A DNA stretch of 64,000 nucleotides from an uncultured Acidobacteriota bacterium (GCA_963822445.1 CAWGHO010000003.1:768001-832000); one strand, 5' to 3'. Counted from the first letter of the stretch, positions 18,851 through 28,977 are shown. A program made the numbers and translations. The notes: a model not told the origin generated them from the letters alone.

Positions 18851-20110
18851 TCACCTCACGACTTCGAAATGTCCCATCATCCCCGCCTCGTGATGCTCGA
18901 GGATGTGGCAGTGGTACATCCAGCTTCCCGGCCGGTCCGCGGGCATCCAGGCGATCCGCACCGTGCTGCGCGGCGGGAGATTGACCACGTCTTCCCATGA
19001 ACGGAACTCAGGTGCCTTTCCGTTGACCGACAGCACCTGGAAAAAGAAGCCGTGCAGGTGGAACGGGTGATCCATGAGCGAGGCATTCACGACATCCCAC
19101 ACCTGAAGCTCTCCGACCTTCACCGGCTGATCGTGGTGATGCATCTCGCCATTGACCAGAAAGTCCAGGCCGCGGCGCAGACTCATGCCGACGCTGAACT
19201 TCACCGTCCTGTTCGGCGTCGCGTCCGCGCCGGCCAGCGGTTCGATCGTTCGGAGCCGCGGCGGGATGGAGGCGCGCGACGGCTGATCCGTTCCGACCTT
19301 CAGCGTGCCGAAGCGCTCGTTGCCGCGCATCTTCATCGTGCTGCGGAGATAGCGGAGGGAGTTGATCTCCAGCGGTTCCCCTTCTTCGAACGGGCCGACG
19401 AGCAGTTCGACGCGGTCCGCGGGCGGAAGCAGCACTTCCGTCACTTCGATTGGCGCTTCGATCAGACCGCCGTCCGTGCCGATGATTCGGAATCGCAACC
19501 CATTGAGTGACAGACGGATGTAGCGCGCACTGGACGCGTTGATGACGCGCCAGCGCTCCACCTGGCCGGCGGCGATGGTGAGCTCCGGCTCCGCCTTGCC
19601 GTTGATGAGACGGAAGTCGCCTTCGCGTCCGTCATGCCGCTGCCTGAACCCGCCGAACTTCGCCAGGCGCCCTTGCTTGTCGGCGTCGACGTCGTCGAAG
19701 ACGAGGATCTGCTCGCGATCGACGACCGGCTCGTCCGCGCCGCGCACGATCAGCGCGCCGTAGAGTCCCTTCTCGAGCTGCTCGGTCTCGTTCTGGTGCG
19801 GGTGATACCAGAACGTGCCGGCATCGGGCGGCGTGAAGCGATAGGTGAAGGTCTCCCCCGGCGCGACGGGGCGCTGCGTCGCCTGCGTCCCGTCCATTGC
19901 CGCCGGGATCTGCAGCCCGTGCCAGTGAATCAGCGTCGGCTCGGCAAGGCTGTTCTTGAACGCGATCTCGAGCGGGACGCCCTGGATCGCTTCGATGACC
20001 GGTCCGGGGACCTGTCCGTTGTAGCCGTAGCCGGAGATGGTGATTCCGGGCGCGGCTTCCCAGTTTGTCGGACGAGCCTCGAGGGCGATGCGGTGAGTGG
20101 TGGCGTTCAT
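18851..20110 (-). CDS. Multicopper oxidase (no obvious export signal)
   Basis: HWHG, WYHPH, HPFHLHG, HCHILEHHEAGMM copper motifs; AAGGAG SD. Confidence 0.95.
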   Translation of the reverse strand: MNATTHRIALEARPTNWEAAPGITISGYGYNGQVPGPVIEAIQGVPLEIAFKNSLAEPTLIHWHGLQIPAAMDGTQATQRPVAPGETFTYRFTPPDAGTFWYHPHQNETEQLEKGLYGALIVRGADEPVVDREQILVFDDVDADKQGRLAKFGGFRQRHDGREGDFRLINGKAEPELTIAAGQVERWRVINASSARYIRLSLNGLRFRIIGTDGGLIEAPIEVTEVLLPPADRVELLVGPFEEGEPLEINSLRYLRSTMKMRGNERFGTLKVGTDQPSRASIPPRLRTIEPLAGADATPNRTVKFSVGMSLRRGLDFLVNGEMHHHDQPVKVGELQVWDVVNASLMDHPFHLHGFFFQVLSVNGKAPEFRSWEDVVNLPPRSTVRIAWMPADRPGSWMYHCHILEHHEAGMMGHFEVVR

Positions 20111-20175
20111 GTCGTTCTCCTTTTGCTTTCACAACTGCAGACGCAGGAGGCCGCCGGGTATTACGCTGGGTGCCC

Positions 20176-20916
20176 ATGCCACGACTCGCCCTTGCACTTG
20201 CGATTGCCACGTCTCTCCATGCTGCAACCGCGGCGGCAGCGACCTCCTACCAGGTGCGGCAAAGTAGGGGCGCACAGTTCGCGGTGGTGGCGGAGGGCGA
20301 GAAGATCCTTGCGACGCTCGTTGAAAACCAGGACGACCCGGTCGTCATCTACGACCGCCTTCTTGGCGTAAGCGGTGCTCCCATCATCGCCATCAACTCG
20401 CGAAATGAAACCTGGTATGAGCTCGAACGGCAGGGGCCGTTTGCGTCTGCTTCGCGCTACCTGCAGCCGCTGACCCCCGCAACGACAAAGAACCTGAAGA
20501 TCCGTGCCGCCGAAGTTGCCGGTGCCGACGGCACGCGCCTCCTGACCTGGCGCATCGCCTACGACGTGGTCGGCAAGATCGATGGCGTCGCGATCAAGGT
20601 CAAGTGCTCCGGCACGTTCGAGATCCTGGTCGCGGAGAACCACCCGCGCGAACTGTGGCTCGGCCGCGTACTTCCTCTGACGGGCTATCCGGAGGTCGAT
20701 GAGGCCCTTTCAGCGGCCGATGCCACTGTCCGACACTTCCCGTTGCGCCTCTCCCTGTCAGCCACACGCGAATATGAGGGCGGCAAGCCGATGACGGAGA
20801 GCTCAGTCGTCGAGGTGTTCGAAATCGTAACGACGGCGACGGACGCCGGCCTCTCGTTTCAAGTGCCGCATGGCTATCGGCAGCAGAAGCCGGTCATCGG
20901 CGCCCCCGGCCGCTGA
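20176..20916 (+). CDS. Secreted hypothetical protein
   Basis: Signal peptide MPRLALALAIATSLHAATAAA; C-terminal 'FQVPHGY' (DUF4412-like ending). Confidence 0.6.
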   Translation: MPRLALALAIATSLHAATAAAATSYQVRQSRGAQFAVVAEGEKILATLVENQDDPVVIYDRLLGVSGAPIIAINSRNETWYELERQGPFASASRYLQPLTPATTKNLKIRAAEVAGADGTRLLTWRIAYDVVGKIDGVAIKVKCSGTFEILVAENHPRELWLGRVLPLTGYPEVDEALSAADATVRHFPLRLSLSATREYEGGKPMTESSVVEVFEIVTTATDAGLSFQVPHGYRQQKPVIGAPGR

Positions 20917-20920
20917 CGTT

Positions 20921-23071
20921 CTACTTCTTCCCCGCCAGATCCAGCAAAAACGCGTACATCAACGCGGTTTCCTTCTGCCGGCGGAAGCGGCCCGAGGCGC
21001 CCCCGTGGCCGGCGTCCATGTTCGTGTGCATCAGCAGGCGGTGGTCGTCGGTCTTCTTCGCGCGCAGGCGGGCCACCCACTTCGCCGGCTCCCAGTACTG
21101 CACCTGCGAATCGTGCAGGCCGGTCGTCACCAGCAGGTGCGGGTAGGCCTTGGCCTCCACGTTGTCGTAAGGCGAGTACGAGAGCATGTAGTCGTAGTAC
21201 TGGCGATCGGCGGGATTGCCCCATTCGTCGTACTCGCCCGTGGTCAGCGGAATCGACGCGTCGAGCATGGTCGTGATCACGTCGACGAACGGCACCGCGG
21301 CCACGACGCCCTTGAAGAGGTCCGGGCGCATGTTGATCACCGCGCCGATCAACAGACCGCCGGCGCTGCCGCCGTAGCCGAAGACGTTGTTGCGGTCGGC
21401 GTACTTCTCCGCGATCAGGTGTTCGGCAACGTCGATGTAATCCGTGAACGTGTTCTTCTTCCTGAGCAGCTTCCCATCCTCGTACCACTCCCGTCCCATC
21501 TCCTGGCCGCCGCGGATGTGGGCGATGGCGTAGACGAAGCCGCGGTCGACGAGGCTGATCGCGTTCGAGTTGAAGCTCGGGTCGCTGCTCGAGCCGTACG
21601 AGCCGTACGCGTAAAGAAGGAGCGGCGCGCTGCCGTCCTTCCTGAATCCGTTGCGGTAGAGGATCGAGACCGGCACGCGCTTGCCGTCGCGGGCCGTGGC
21701 GTAGATCCGCTCGGTGCGGTAGTTGACCGGGTCGTAGCCGCCGCCGACCTTCGTGCGCTTGAGCAGCGTCCGCGTTTGCGCGTTCATGTCGTACTCGTAA
21801 GTCGACGAGGGCGTGGTCAGGGAGCTGTAGTTGAAGCGCAACCGGGTCGTGTCGAACTCCGGGTTCTCGTCGATGCGGGCCACATAGGCCGGCTCGTCGA
21901 AGGTGATGTAGTGATCGCCTCCGCCGCTCCAGGGCATCACCCGCAGGCGGATCAGGCCGTCCTTCCGCTCGGAGACCACCAGGTGATCGCGGAAGATCTC
22001 GAACGATCCCAGGTAAACGTCAGCGCGATGCGGAATGACCTCCGTCCAGTTGCTGCGCGAAGTCGCGGTAACCGGGGTGCGCATCAGGCGGAAATTGCGC
22101 GCGTCGTCGTTCGTGCGGATGTAGAAGTGATCGCCGTAGTGATCGATCGAGTACTCCCGTCCGCGCTGGCGGGGCTCGAACACCTTCAGCTCGGAGCGGG
22201 GCTTGTCGGCGTCGAGGTAGCGGTACTCGCTGGTGAGGGTCTGTTCCGATCCGACCACGATGAAGCGCTTGCTCTTGGTGCGGAAGACGAACGTGGAAAA
22301 GGTCTCGTCGGCTTCCTCGAAGACCAGCGCATCGCTCGCGGGATCGGAGCCGAGCTCGTGGCGGAAGATGCGGTAGGAGCGAAGGGTCTCCGGATGCTTG
22401 CGCGTGTAGAAAACCGTCCGGTTGTCGTTGGCCCAGGCCAGGTTGCCCGTGACCTCGGGGATCTGGTCGGGCAGAGTCTCCCCGGTGACGAGGTTCTTGA
22501 AGCGGAGGGTGTACTTGCGGCGGCCGACGTTGTCCGTCGAGTAGGCGAGGATGTCGTTCCCTGAGCTGACCGACACGCCGGCGACGTTGAAGTACTTCTG
22601 CCCTTCGGCGAGCGCATTGACGTCGAGCATCACCTCTTCCGTCGCGGTGAGTGAGCCCTTGCGGCGCACGTAGATCGGATACTCCTTCCCCTCCTCGAAG
22701 CGGGTCGAGTAGTAGTAGCCGTCGCGGAGGGTGGGGACCGACTCATCGCGCTGGGGGATCCTGGCCACGAGCTCGTTGTAGAGCTGTTCCTGCAGCGGTT
22801 CGGTGTGCTGCATCGTCTGCTTGAGGTAATCGTTCTCGGCGTTGAGATACGCCACGACCTCGGGGTTCTCCCGCTCGCGCAGCCAGTAGTACTCGTCGGT
22901 CCGCTTCAGCCCATGCTGCTCGAGCACCGTCGGCCGAAGCGCTGCTTTGGGCGGCTGCGGAGCAGTCGGTGGCTGCGGTTCGATCGCTACCGTTCGCCAT
23001 GGGGCCGGTTGCGAAGTCGTGCAGCCGGCGGCGAGGGTGGTGAGGACGAGAATCGTGGCGATGGCTCTCAT
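20921..23071 (-). CDS. ptrB: Oligopeptidase B (S9A)
   Basis: DEYYWLR, YAYGSYG, HIRGG, GGSAGG, HDSQVQYWEPAKW, AGHGGASGR. Confidence 0.95.
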   Translation of the reverse strand: MRAIATILVLTTLAAGCTTSQPAPWRTVAIEPQPPTAPQPPKAALRPTVLEQHGLKRTDEYYWLRERENPEVVAYLNAENDYLKQTMQHTEPLQEQLYNELVARIPQRDESVPTLRDGYYYSTRFEEGKEYPIYVRRKGSLTATEEVMLDVNALAEGQKYFNVAGVSVSSGNDILAYSTDNVGRRKYTLRFKNLVTGETLPDQIPEVTGNLAWANDNRTVFYTRKHPETLRSYRIFRHELGSDPASDALVFEEADETFSTFVFRTKSKRFIVVGSEQTLTSEYRYLDADKPRSELKVFEPRQRGREYSIDHYGDHFYIRTNDDARNFRLMRTPVTATSRSNWTEVIPHRADVYLGSFEIFRDHLVVSERKDGLIRLRVMPWSGGGDHYITFDEPAYVARIDENPEFDTTRLRFNYSSLTTPSSTYEYDMNAQTRTLLKRTKVGGGYDPVNYRTERIYATARDGKRVPVSILYRNGFRKDGSAPLLLYAYGSYGSSSDPSFNSNAISLVDRGFVYAIAHIRGGQEMGREWYEDGKLLRKKNTFTDYIDVAEHLIAEKYADRNNVFGYGGSAGGLLIGAVINMRPDLFKGVVAAVPFVDVITTMLDASIPLTTGEYDEWGNPADRQYYDYMLSYSPYDNVEAKAYPHLLVTTGLHDSQVQYWEPAKWVARLRAKKTDDHRLLMHTNMDAGHGGASGRFRRQKETALMYAFLLDLAGKK

Positions 23072-23088
23072 GGGACGCGAAGTCTACT

Positions 23089-23175
23089 TGGAGTGCGGCG
23101 GCTCTGCCGCCGCTTTCAAACGCGCCGGAGGCGCGCTCGCGCTCGCTGGGAAAGCGGCGGCAGAGCCGCACTCCA
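23089..23175. repeat. REP element, TGGAGTGCGGC family
   Basis: TGGAGTGCGGCGGCTCTGCCGCCGCTTT ... AAAGCGGCGGCAGAGCCGCACTCCA. Confidence 0.9.
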
Positions 23176-23232
23176 TTCGCGCCGCTAACGCCGCCCGACA
23201 CACTGGTGAAATCACTGGTACCATTCACCAGC

Positions 23233-23436
23233 ATGGGGCGAAAGCGCATGACCAAAATCACCGTCGAAGTACCTGCCGACGTTCTTGATCGCGCCCGGCG
23301 GGCTGGTGAGGGTGTGACCGAAGTCGTGCGTAGCGCTTTGGAGCTGAGGGCTGGCCAGCAGGCGTGGCAACGCCTTCAAAAGTGGTCGGGCAAAGTGACC
23401 TGGTCGATCGATCTTGAGGAGCTTCGCGAAGATTGA
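23233..23436 (+). CDS. Putative type II antitoxin (VapB-like, RHH-like)
   Basis: Small ORF (KITVEVPADVLDRA..GVTEVVRSAL) overlapping a PIN toxin gene. Confidence 0.75.
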   Translation: MGRKRMTKITVEVPADVLDRARRAGEGVTEVVRSALELRAGQQAWQRLQKWSGKVTWSIDLEELRED

Positions 23437-23804
23437 TTGCAATCGACACGAGCTCCCTTCGACGATTCCTTTCCGGTGAGACGGGACGTGACGTCGAGAT
23501 CGTGACCGCCGCCATCGCCCAGGGTCGGGCCGTACTTCCCCCAATCGTCGTGTGTGAGGCGCTCAGTGATCCCGCCATTCCGTCGTCGCTGATCGACGAC
23601 ATCTCTGGCCTTCCCGTCCTGACGATTCATCCGGGGTTCTGGTCGCGCGCGGGACTACTCCGAGCACAGCTGCTCAAGGGCGGCTTCAAGGCCCGACTGG
23701 CCGACGCCTTGATCGCGCAATCATGCATCGATCACCAGCTGCCGCTGGTGACACACGATCGCGACTTCCGTCATTTCGCAAAGCTCGGATTGAAATTGGC
23801 GTAG
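23433..23804 (+). CDS. vapC: PIN-domain toxin (VapC-like)
   Basis: IAIDTS, VVCEAL, LADALIAQSC, LVTHDRDF. Confidence 0.9.
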   Translation: MIAIDTSSLRRFLSGETGRDVEIVTAAIAQGRAVLPPIVVCEALSDPAIPSSLIDDISGLPVLTIHPGFWSRAGLLRAQLLKGGFKARLADALIAQSCIDHQLPLVTHDRDFRHFAKLGLKLA

Positions 23805-23897
23805 ACAGAGAGCGGACACTTCAGTCTGCTCGTTCTTGCCACCGCCGCGCGGGGTACCCCTCTTGCAGTTATTTGCTGTGTAACGAAGGGAGGCCCC

Positions 23898-25118
23898 ATG
23901 AAAAAGGCAGCGCTCGCTGCTTTGCTGCTCGTGGTGCTCGTTCCCCTGCAGGCGAGGGCTCTCGATACCAACGAGCTTCTCGGACTGGTGGCCATGCCGC
24001 TCGCGGTCGCGGCGGCAAGCGAGGTCACCGGCGTGCCCGTGGGCGAATTGAGTCACTTCGTAGCCACACTCAACCGCGCGAACGTCCCGCCTACGCAGAT
24101 CGTGCAGGTCGTTCGCTACGCGCCCGCCGCGCTGGTCATCGAAGACCAGCAGCCGGCGTTCATCGAATACGTCGACTACGAGGTCGACCGCGGCGTAACC
24201 GGGACGCAACTGGTCACCGTGATCGAAGAGCGATACCGGACGTACGACCTCGAGCCGCAGTTCTTCACGTTCGAGGAGCCGGCAACCACGTACGTCGTGC
24301 GCGATGACTACATCCCCACGACCGTCGTCACGCGCGTCGCCGCGGTCAGACCGTCGTATGTCGTCGGCGACACGAACGATCTCCTCGCCCTGGTGGCGAT
24401 GCCGCTGGCCGTCGCCGCGGTCGCCGACGTCACCGGCATTCCCTTCGCGGACCTGAGCAGTCTCGTGTCGTCATTGAACGCGGCGCGTATGCCGCCTCTC
24501 CAGGTCGTGGAAGTGCTCCGCTATTCGCCGGTGGTGATGGTCGACGACTACGAGCGGCCGCGGTTCCTGCAGTTCGTGAACACACAGGTCGTCGATGTCG
24601 TGACCGGTCCGCGGCTGATCGATGTGATCGACGATCGTCTGCGCACGTACGACGTGGTGCCGCGGTTCGATGCCGTCGAGGTGGTGAACGTCGTCGATGA
24701 CGACGACTTTTTCCCGACGGCCGTGACCTCGCGCGTCGCCGAGGTCCGCGCGCATCCGCACGGCGGAGCGCCCGGTCAGTTGAAGAAGCAGCTCGGCCTG
24801 CAGACCGGCGCCGAGGTGGTTCATGGATCGAGACGCGGGTCATCGTCGCGGGATGACCGGCCCGCGCGCGTCAAACGCGAAACCCGCTCGGCCGAGCCGC
24901 GAGTGACGAAGCAACGCGCGAATCGCGGCGGACGCCGCGCGCCGCGCGAGGTCAGACGGGTCGAACAACGGCGAGTCGAACAGCCGAAGATCGAACGGCA
25001 ACCGAAGGTCGAACGGCAGCCGAAAGCCGAACGGCCGCAGCGCATCGAACGGCCGAAACCCGAGCGCGGCGGACAGGGACAGGGTCAAGGCAAAGGCAAA
25101 GGCAAAGGAAAGGGATGA
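23898..25118 (+). CDS. Secreted hypothetical protein with internal duplication and basic low-complexity tail
   Basis: Signal peptide; DTN(E/D)LL.LVAMPLAVAA occurs twice; APGQLKK; GK-rich end. Confidence 0.75.
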   Translation: MKKAALAALLLVVLVPLQARALDTNELLGLVAMPLAVAAASEVTGVPVGELSHFVATLNRANVPPTQIVQVVRYAPAALVIEDQQPAFIEYVDYEVDRGVTGTQLVTVIEERYRTYDLEPQFFTFEEPATTYVVRDDYIPTTVVTRVAAVRPSYVVGDTNDLLALVAMPLAVAAVADVTGIPFADLSSLVSSLNAARMPPLQVVEVLRYSPVVMVDDYERPRFLQFVNTQVVDVVTGPRLIDVIDDRLRTYDVVPRFDAVEVVNVVDDDDFFPTAVTSRVAEVRAHPHGGAPGQLKKQLGLQTGAEVVHGSRRGSSSRDDRPARVKRETRSAEPRVTKQRANRGGRRAPREVRRVEQRRVEQPKIERQPKVERQPKAERPQRIERPKPERGGQGQGQGKGKGKGKG

Positions 25119-25122
25119 CGCG

Positions 25123-25440
25123 ATGAAACCGACTTCCATGGCACTCGCCCTCTGTGCCCTCCTCGTCGCGGGCGCCTGCTCGAACGACGAGCCGCGCGCG
25201 GCCGCGGGTGCGGACACGAACAAGACACCGGCCGTCGCCACGCAACAGCAGGCCGATCTGACGCCGGAGCAGCTCGGCGAGCTTGGCGCTCAGATCAGGA
25301 AAAACCCTGCCGACGCCAAACGCCTTCTCTCCCAGCGCGGTCTGGACGAACAGAAGTTCGAACAGACCGTGCGCAAGGTGTCGGAAGATCCCGCTGCCGC
25401 AAAGCGGTACAGCGAGTCGTACAAAAAGGCCGGAGCGTAG
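25123..25440 (+). CDS. Small lipoprotein
   Basis: LLVAGAC lipobox-like signal. Confidence 0.75.
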   Translation: MKPTSMALALCALLVAGACSNDEPRAAAGADTNKTPAVATQQQADLTPEQLGELGAQIRKNPADAKRLLSQRGLDEQKFEQTVRKVSEDPAAAKRYSESYKKAGA

Positions 25441-25444
25441 CGAT

Positions 25445-25477
25445 TGGAGCGCCGGCGGCGAGGACGCCGGCGCTCCA
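25445..25477. repeat. Short REP-like hairpin after a stop codon
   Basis: TGGAGCGCCGGCG - loop - CGCCGGCGCTCCA. Confidence 0.7.
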
Positions 25478-25576
25478 CACGTATCGCGCCCAACACATTG
25501 TCGTGACCGACTGGTGAACCGCGCCTCCGCAACAAACCCGCGGCCCTAGAATCGCGCGCCAGGAGGCATCTCTCTC

Positions 25577-26734
25577 ATGCGTGCTGCGCTCTTCGCTCTG
25601 ATGGTGGTTGTGGTCTCGTCGCTGGCGGCCCAACCCGTCCCGGTGCAACTCGAATCGAAAGTCCTCGCCGAAACGCGCACCATCCTCGTTCGCACGCCCG
25701 CCTCCTATGCCGGCGGCGCACGCGCGTATCCCGTGCTGTACATGACCGACGGCGACCGGCAGATCGGCCACACCGCGGCGGTCGTCGACTTTCTCGCGCG
25801 CGAAGGGCGGATGCCCGAGGTCATCATCGTGGGGATCAACAACACCGATCGCACGCGCGACCTCACGCCGACGAAAGTCGAAGCGATGGAGAACGGCGGC
25901 CAGCGATTCCCGATGCCCACCAGCGGCGGCGGCGATCGCTTTCTCGAGTTCATTGCTTCCGAGGTCATTCCGTACGTCGAGAAGAACTACAGAACGCAGC
26001 CGTACCGAGTCCTGGCCGGACACTCCTTCGGCGGTCTCTTCGCCATGCACACCTTCCTCACCCGTCCCGCGCTCTTCAACGGCGTGATCGCCGTGAGTCC
26101 GACGCTGACCTGGGACGATCGCTACATCTACCGCCGTACCACGGAATGGGTGAAGAACAAGTCCGATCGCCCGGTGACGCTGGTGGTCTCGGTCGGGAAC
26201 GAAGGGGCGGAGCTCGACCGCGAATTCGATGCGCTCAACACGCTCTTGAAGAAGAGCGGACCGAAGTCGCTCGAATTCGAAGCGGTCCGTTTCGCGGATG
26301 AGGACCACGGCTCCGTCGTCCTCCCGACGCATTACGCCGGCCTTCGCAAAGTCTTCGAGCCGTTCCGTTTCGTCCTCGGACCTCCAACCGACGATCCGAA
26401 GAAGCTGTACGCCCGGGCGCGCGACCATTTCGCCAAGTCGTCTGCGCGGGTCGGGTTCACGGTGCCGATTCCGGAGCAGACCGCGAACATCATCGGCTAC
26501 CGCCTGCTGCTGGCGGGGCACGTCGACGAAGCGCTGGAAGTCTTCCGCGCGAACGCCGAGACCTGGCCGCAATCAGCGAACGTCTACGACAGCCTCGGCG
26601 AAGCGCAGGAGCGCGCCGGCAAGCTCGATGACGCGCTGGCGAGCTATCGCCGCGCCGCCACCATCGGCAAGACGACGAACGATCCGAACCTCGCGGTGTA
26701 CGAGCGGAACGCGGAGCGGGTGGGGAAGCGATAG
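25577..26734 (+). CDS. Alpha/beta hydrolase (IroE/Fes-like esterase) with TPR
   Basis: YPVLYMTDG, RTRDLTP, GHSFGG, EDHGS; NVYDSLGE TPR. Confidence 0.9.
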   Translation: MRAALFALMVVVVSSLAAQPVPVQLESKVLAETRTILVRTPASYAGGARAYPVLYMTDGDRQIGHTAAVVDFLAREGRMPEVIIVGINNTDRTRDLTPTKVEAMENGGQRFPMPTSGGGDRFLEFIASEVIPYVEKNYRTQPYRVLAGHSFGGLFAMHTFLTRPALFNGVIAVSPTLTWDDRYIYRRTTEWVKNKSDRPVTLVVSVGNEGAELDREFDALNTLLKKSGPKSLEFEAVRFADEDHGSVVLPTHYAGLRKVFEPFRFVLGPPTDDPKKLYARARDHFAKSSARVGFTVPIPEQTANIIGYRLLLAGHVDEALEVFRANAETWPQSANVYDSLGEAQERAGKLDDALASYRRAATIGKTTNDPNLAVYERNAERVGKR

Positions 26735-26738
26735 CGGC

Positions 26739-28193
26739 TTACTTGTCCGCCGGATACTTCTGCAGCATCCCCTGTTCCTTCATCAGCGCCTCGATCGCCT
26801 CGACATCCATCGGCACGAACAGGCTGGGAACGTCTTTGCCGGTTTCGGTGATGACGATGAGGTCTTCGAGGCGGATGTAGATCCGCTCTTCAGGGATGCG
26901 CAGTGCAGGCTCGATGGTGAAGACCATTCCCGGGCGTAACGGGCCGGTGTCGTTGCCCACGTCGTGCGTGGCCATTCCGACCCAGTGGCCAAGGCCTGAG
27001 CGGGGATTGCTGGCGGAGCGGCGGTAGCTCTCGACGAATTCCTTCGCGCCCTTGGTATAGATCTCCTTCGAGAATTCGCTGCTCGCGAGAATGGCGTCCA
27101 TCTTCCGAAGCGCTTCCTTCTTCACCTCGGCGGGCGTAAGGCCGGGGCGGATGGCGTCGAGGATGGCGCGGTAGCAGCCGAGGTAGAAGTTGTAGAGGTC
27201 GCGCTGATCGGGGGTGAACTTGCCGTTCACCGGCCATTGGCGGGTGATGTCGCTCATGTAGTAGCCGACGTCGGGCGCGTAATCCATGAGCACGAGATCG
27301 CCGTCGCGGAGGCGGGTCTTGCCGGCGTTGTAATGCGGGAAATAGGCGTTCGTGCCGTTGGCGATCAGCGAATAGTACGCGTCCCCCTGGGCGCCGTTGC
27401 GATGGAAGATGTAGCGCGCCACCGCATCGAGCTCCGACTCGAAAATCCCCGGCTCGGTCGAGCGCATCGCTTCCATCAGAGCGAGTCCGGCCAGGCGCGT
27501 CGCTTTCGTGATCAGCGCGATCTCGCGTGGACTCTTGATCAGACGCAGGCGATCGAGCTCCGGCGTCAGATTGCGGATCTCGAATTGCGGGAAGCGCGCG
27601 CGCATCGAGGCGATGAACGCGGCCTCGCGCGAGGCGCGGCCGTCCCACGGATCGTTGGTGGTGTCGGCGATGCGGCGCAGGGCCAGGTCGCGGCTGACCG
27701 ACATCCCTTCCGCCGGCTGAAAGGGGATGTACAGAGCCTGCGTCGGCTCATTGCGGGCCGAGCGCGAGAGCTGCTCGGCGAGCGCCTCCGTCGCAAAGAC
27801 CGCATCGACGCCGGTAAGCTTCTTCACCAGCTCGGCGTCTTCGACGGACAGCACCTTTCCTTCCGAAGCTTCCCGCGCTTCGTTGCGATGGGGGAGGTAG
27901 AGGGCCGTCCGCTTGTTCGCGCCGTTGAGGACGAGATAGGCGTGCGGCACTTCGATGCCGCTCAGGTAATACATCTCGTTGCTCTGCCGGAACCGCGTGT
28001 ATCCCTCGGGCGAAGGCGCCCCCTGAAAGACGGCCAGGTTCTCGCCGATCGCGGCAAAGACCTTGGCCCGCCTCGCGGCGAACTCCTCCGGCGGAAAGTC
28101 GCTGGTGAAGAGCGGGACGTCCTGCGCGGCGGCGAGGCTCGCAATGGCGACAGTGAAGAGTGCGGCTACAAGCTTTCTCGGCATGCGCGCCAT
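26739..28193 (-). CDS. Xaa-Pro aminopeptidase (M24B), secreted
   Basis: FRQSNEMYYLSG, RLIKS, MDY..SDITR, GHWVGMATHD, TIEP, RLED; signal peptide after the start at 28193/28184. Confidence 0.92.
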   Translation of the reverse strand: MARMPRKLVAALFTVAIASLAAAQDVPLFTSDFPPEEFAARRAKVFAAIGENLAVFQGAPSPEGYTRFRQSNEMYYLSGIEVPHAYLVLNGANKRTALYLPHRNEAREASEGKVLSVEDAELVKKLTGVDAVFATEALAEQLSRSARNEPTQALYIPFQPAEGMSVSRDLALRRIADTTNDPWDGRASREAAFIASMRARFPQFEIRNLTPELDRLRLIKSPREIALITKATRLAGLALMEAMRSTEPGIFESELDAVARYIFHRNGAQGDAYYSLIANGTNAYFPHYNAGKTRLRDGDLVLMDYAPDVGYYMSDITRQWPVNGKFTPDQRDLYNFYLGCYRAILDAIRPGLTPAEVKKEALRKMDAILASSEFSKEIYTKGAKEFVESYRRSASNPRSGLGHWVGMATHDVGNDTGPLRPGMVFTIEPALRIPEERIYIRLEDLIVITETGKDVPSLFVPMDVEAIEALMKEQGMLQKYPADK

Positions 28194-28203
28194 TGTCTCT
28201 TTC

Positions 28204-28282
28204 TGGAGTGCGGCGGCAAAGCCGCCGCTCTCACTCGCGGCGGCCACAGCCGCCGCTCTCCGGGAACGCACGCTGCACTCCA
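28204..28282. repeat. REP element, TGGAGTGCGGC family (diverged)
   Basis: TGGAGTGCGGCGGCAAAGCCGCCGCT ... GCTGCACTCCA. Confidence 0.8.
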
Positions 28283-28310
28283 CGAACCTGCATCTCGAAA
28301 GGAGCCCCCC

Positions 28311-28514
28311 ATGGCCAGAGACCCGAACCGCCCGAACCCCGACGAATCCGTGACCCGCCAGGAGCCCGCTGACCGCTCGCAGTCCGAGCAGGAGCGCCCC
28401 GCGCCGAATCCCAACCCCGAGACCGGCTTCAGCAGCGAACGCGCCCCTCACCGCGACGACGACATCGAGACCGGCCGCAGCGAGCGTGGCCGGGGGAACG
28501 AGGGGATCGAGTAA
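28311..28514 (+). CDS. Small hydrophilic Pro/Glu/Arg-rich protein
   Basis: GAAAGGAG SD before ATG; GC3-rich codons; 67 aa. Confidence 0.65.
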   Translation: MARDPNRPNPDESVTRQEPADRSQSEQERPAPNPNPETGFSSERAPHRDDDIETGRSERGRGNEGIE

Positions 28515-28531
28515 CTCACCGGATTTGAAGG

Positions 28532-28825
28532 GATTCTGCTCGAGTCCAATGGGAATCTGATCAACTTCATTGGAAAGTTGATCAACTCCATTGGAAAAGT
28601 GATCAAGTCCGTTGGAAAGCTGATCAAGTTCATTGGGAAACTGATCAACTTCAATGGGATTCTGATCAGGTTTGATCAGATTCTGAACAACTTCAGTCAG
28701 ATTCTCATCGAGTCTGATCAGATTCTGATCAAGCCCAGTCAGTTTTCCATTGAGTTCAATCAGATTCGCATTGAGTTCAATGGGATTCCCATTGAGTTCA
28801 ATGGGCTGGCCATCAAGTTTGTTCG
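28532..28825. repeat. Degenerate 21-bp tandem array, 14 units
   Basis: Units such as gaatctgatcaacttcattgg / aaagttgatcaactccattgg / gattcccattgagttcaatgg in exact 21-nt register; AT-richer than the flanks. Confidence 0.9.
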
Positions 28826-28950
28826 GATCCGGACACACTCGAGTGTTCAGATTCCGAACATCGCAGGCTGCGGCATACTGGTCCTGCTCCTTCTCATCAC
28901 TTCGCTGTCGCTTCCCGAGGACACTCTCCAGGGTGCAACTGCCGCGTTTA

Positions 28951-28977
28951 GGAGTGCGGCGGCAAAGCCGCCGCTTT
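28951..28977. repeat. Half REP element
   Basis: GGAGTGCGGCGGCAAAGCCGCCGCTTT, no closing arm. Confidence 0.75.

Noticed and set aside
28532-28825. CRISPR array
   Set aside because: Contiguous degenerate 21-mers with no unique spacers, and no cas genes in the window
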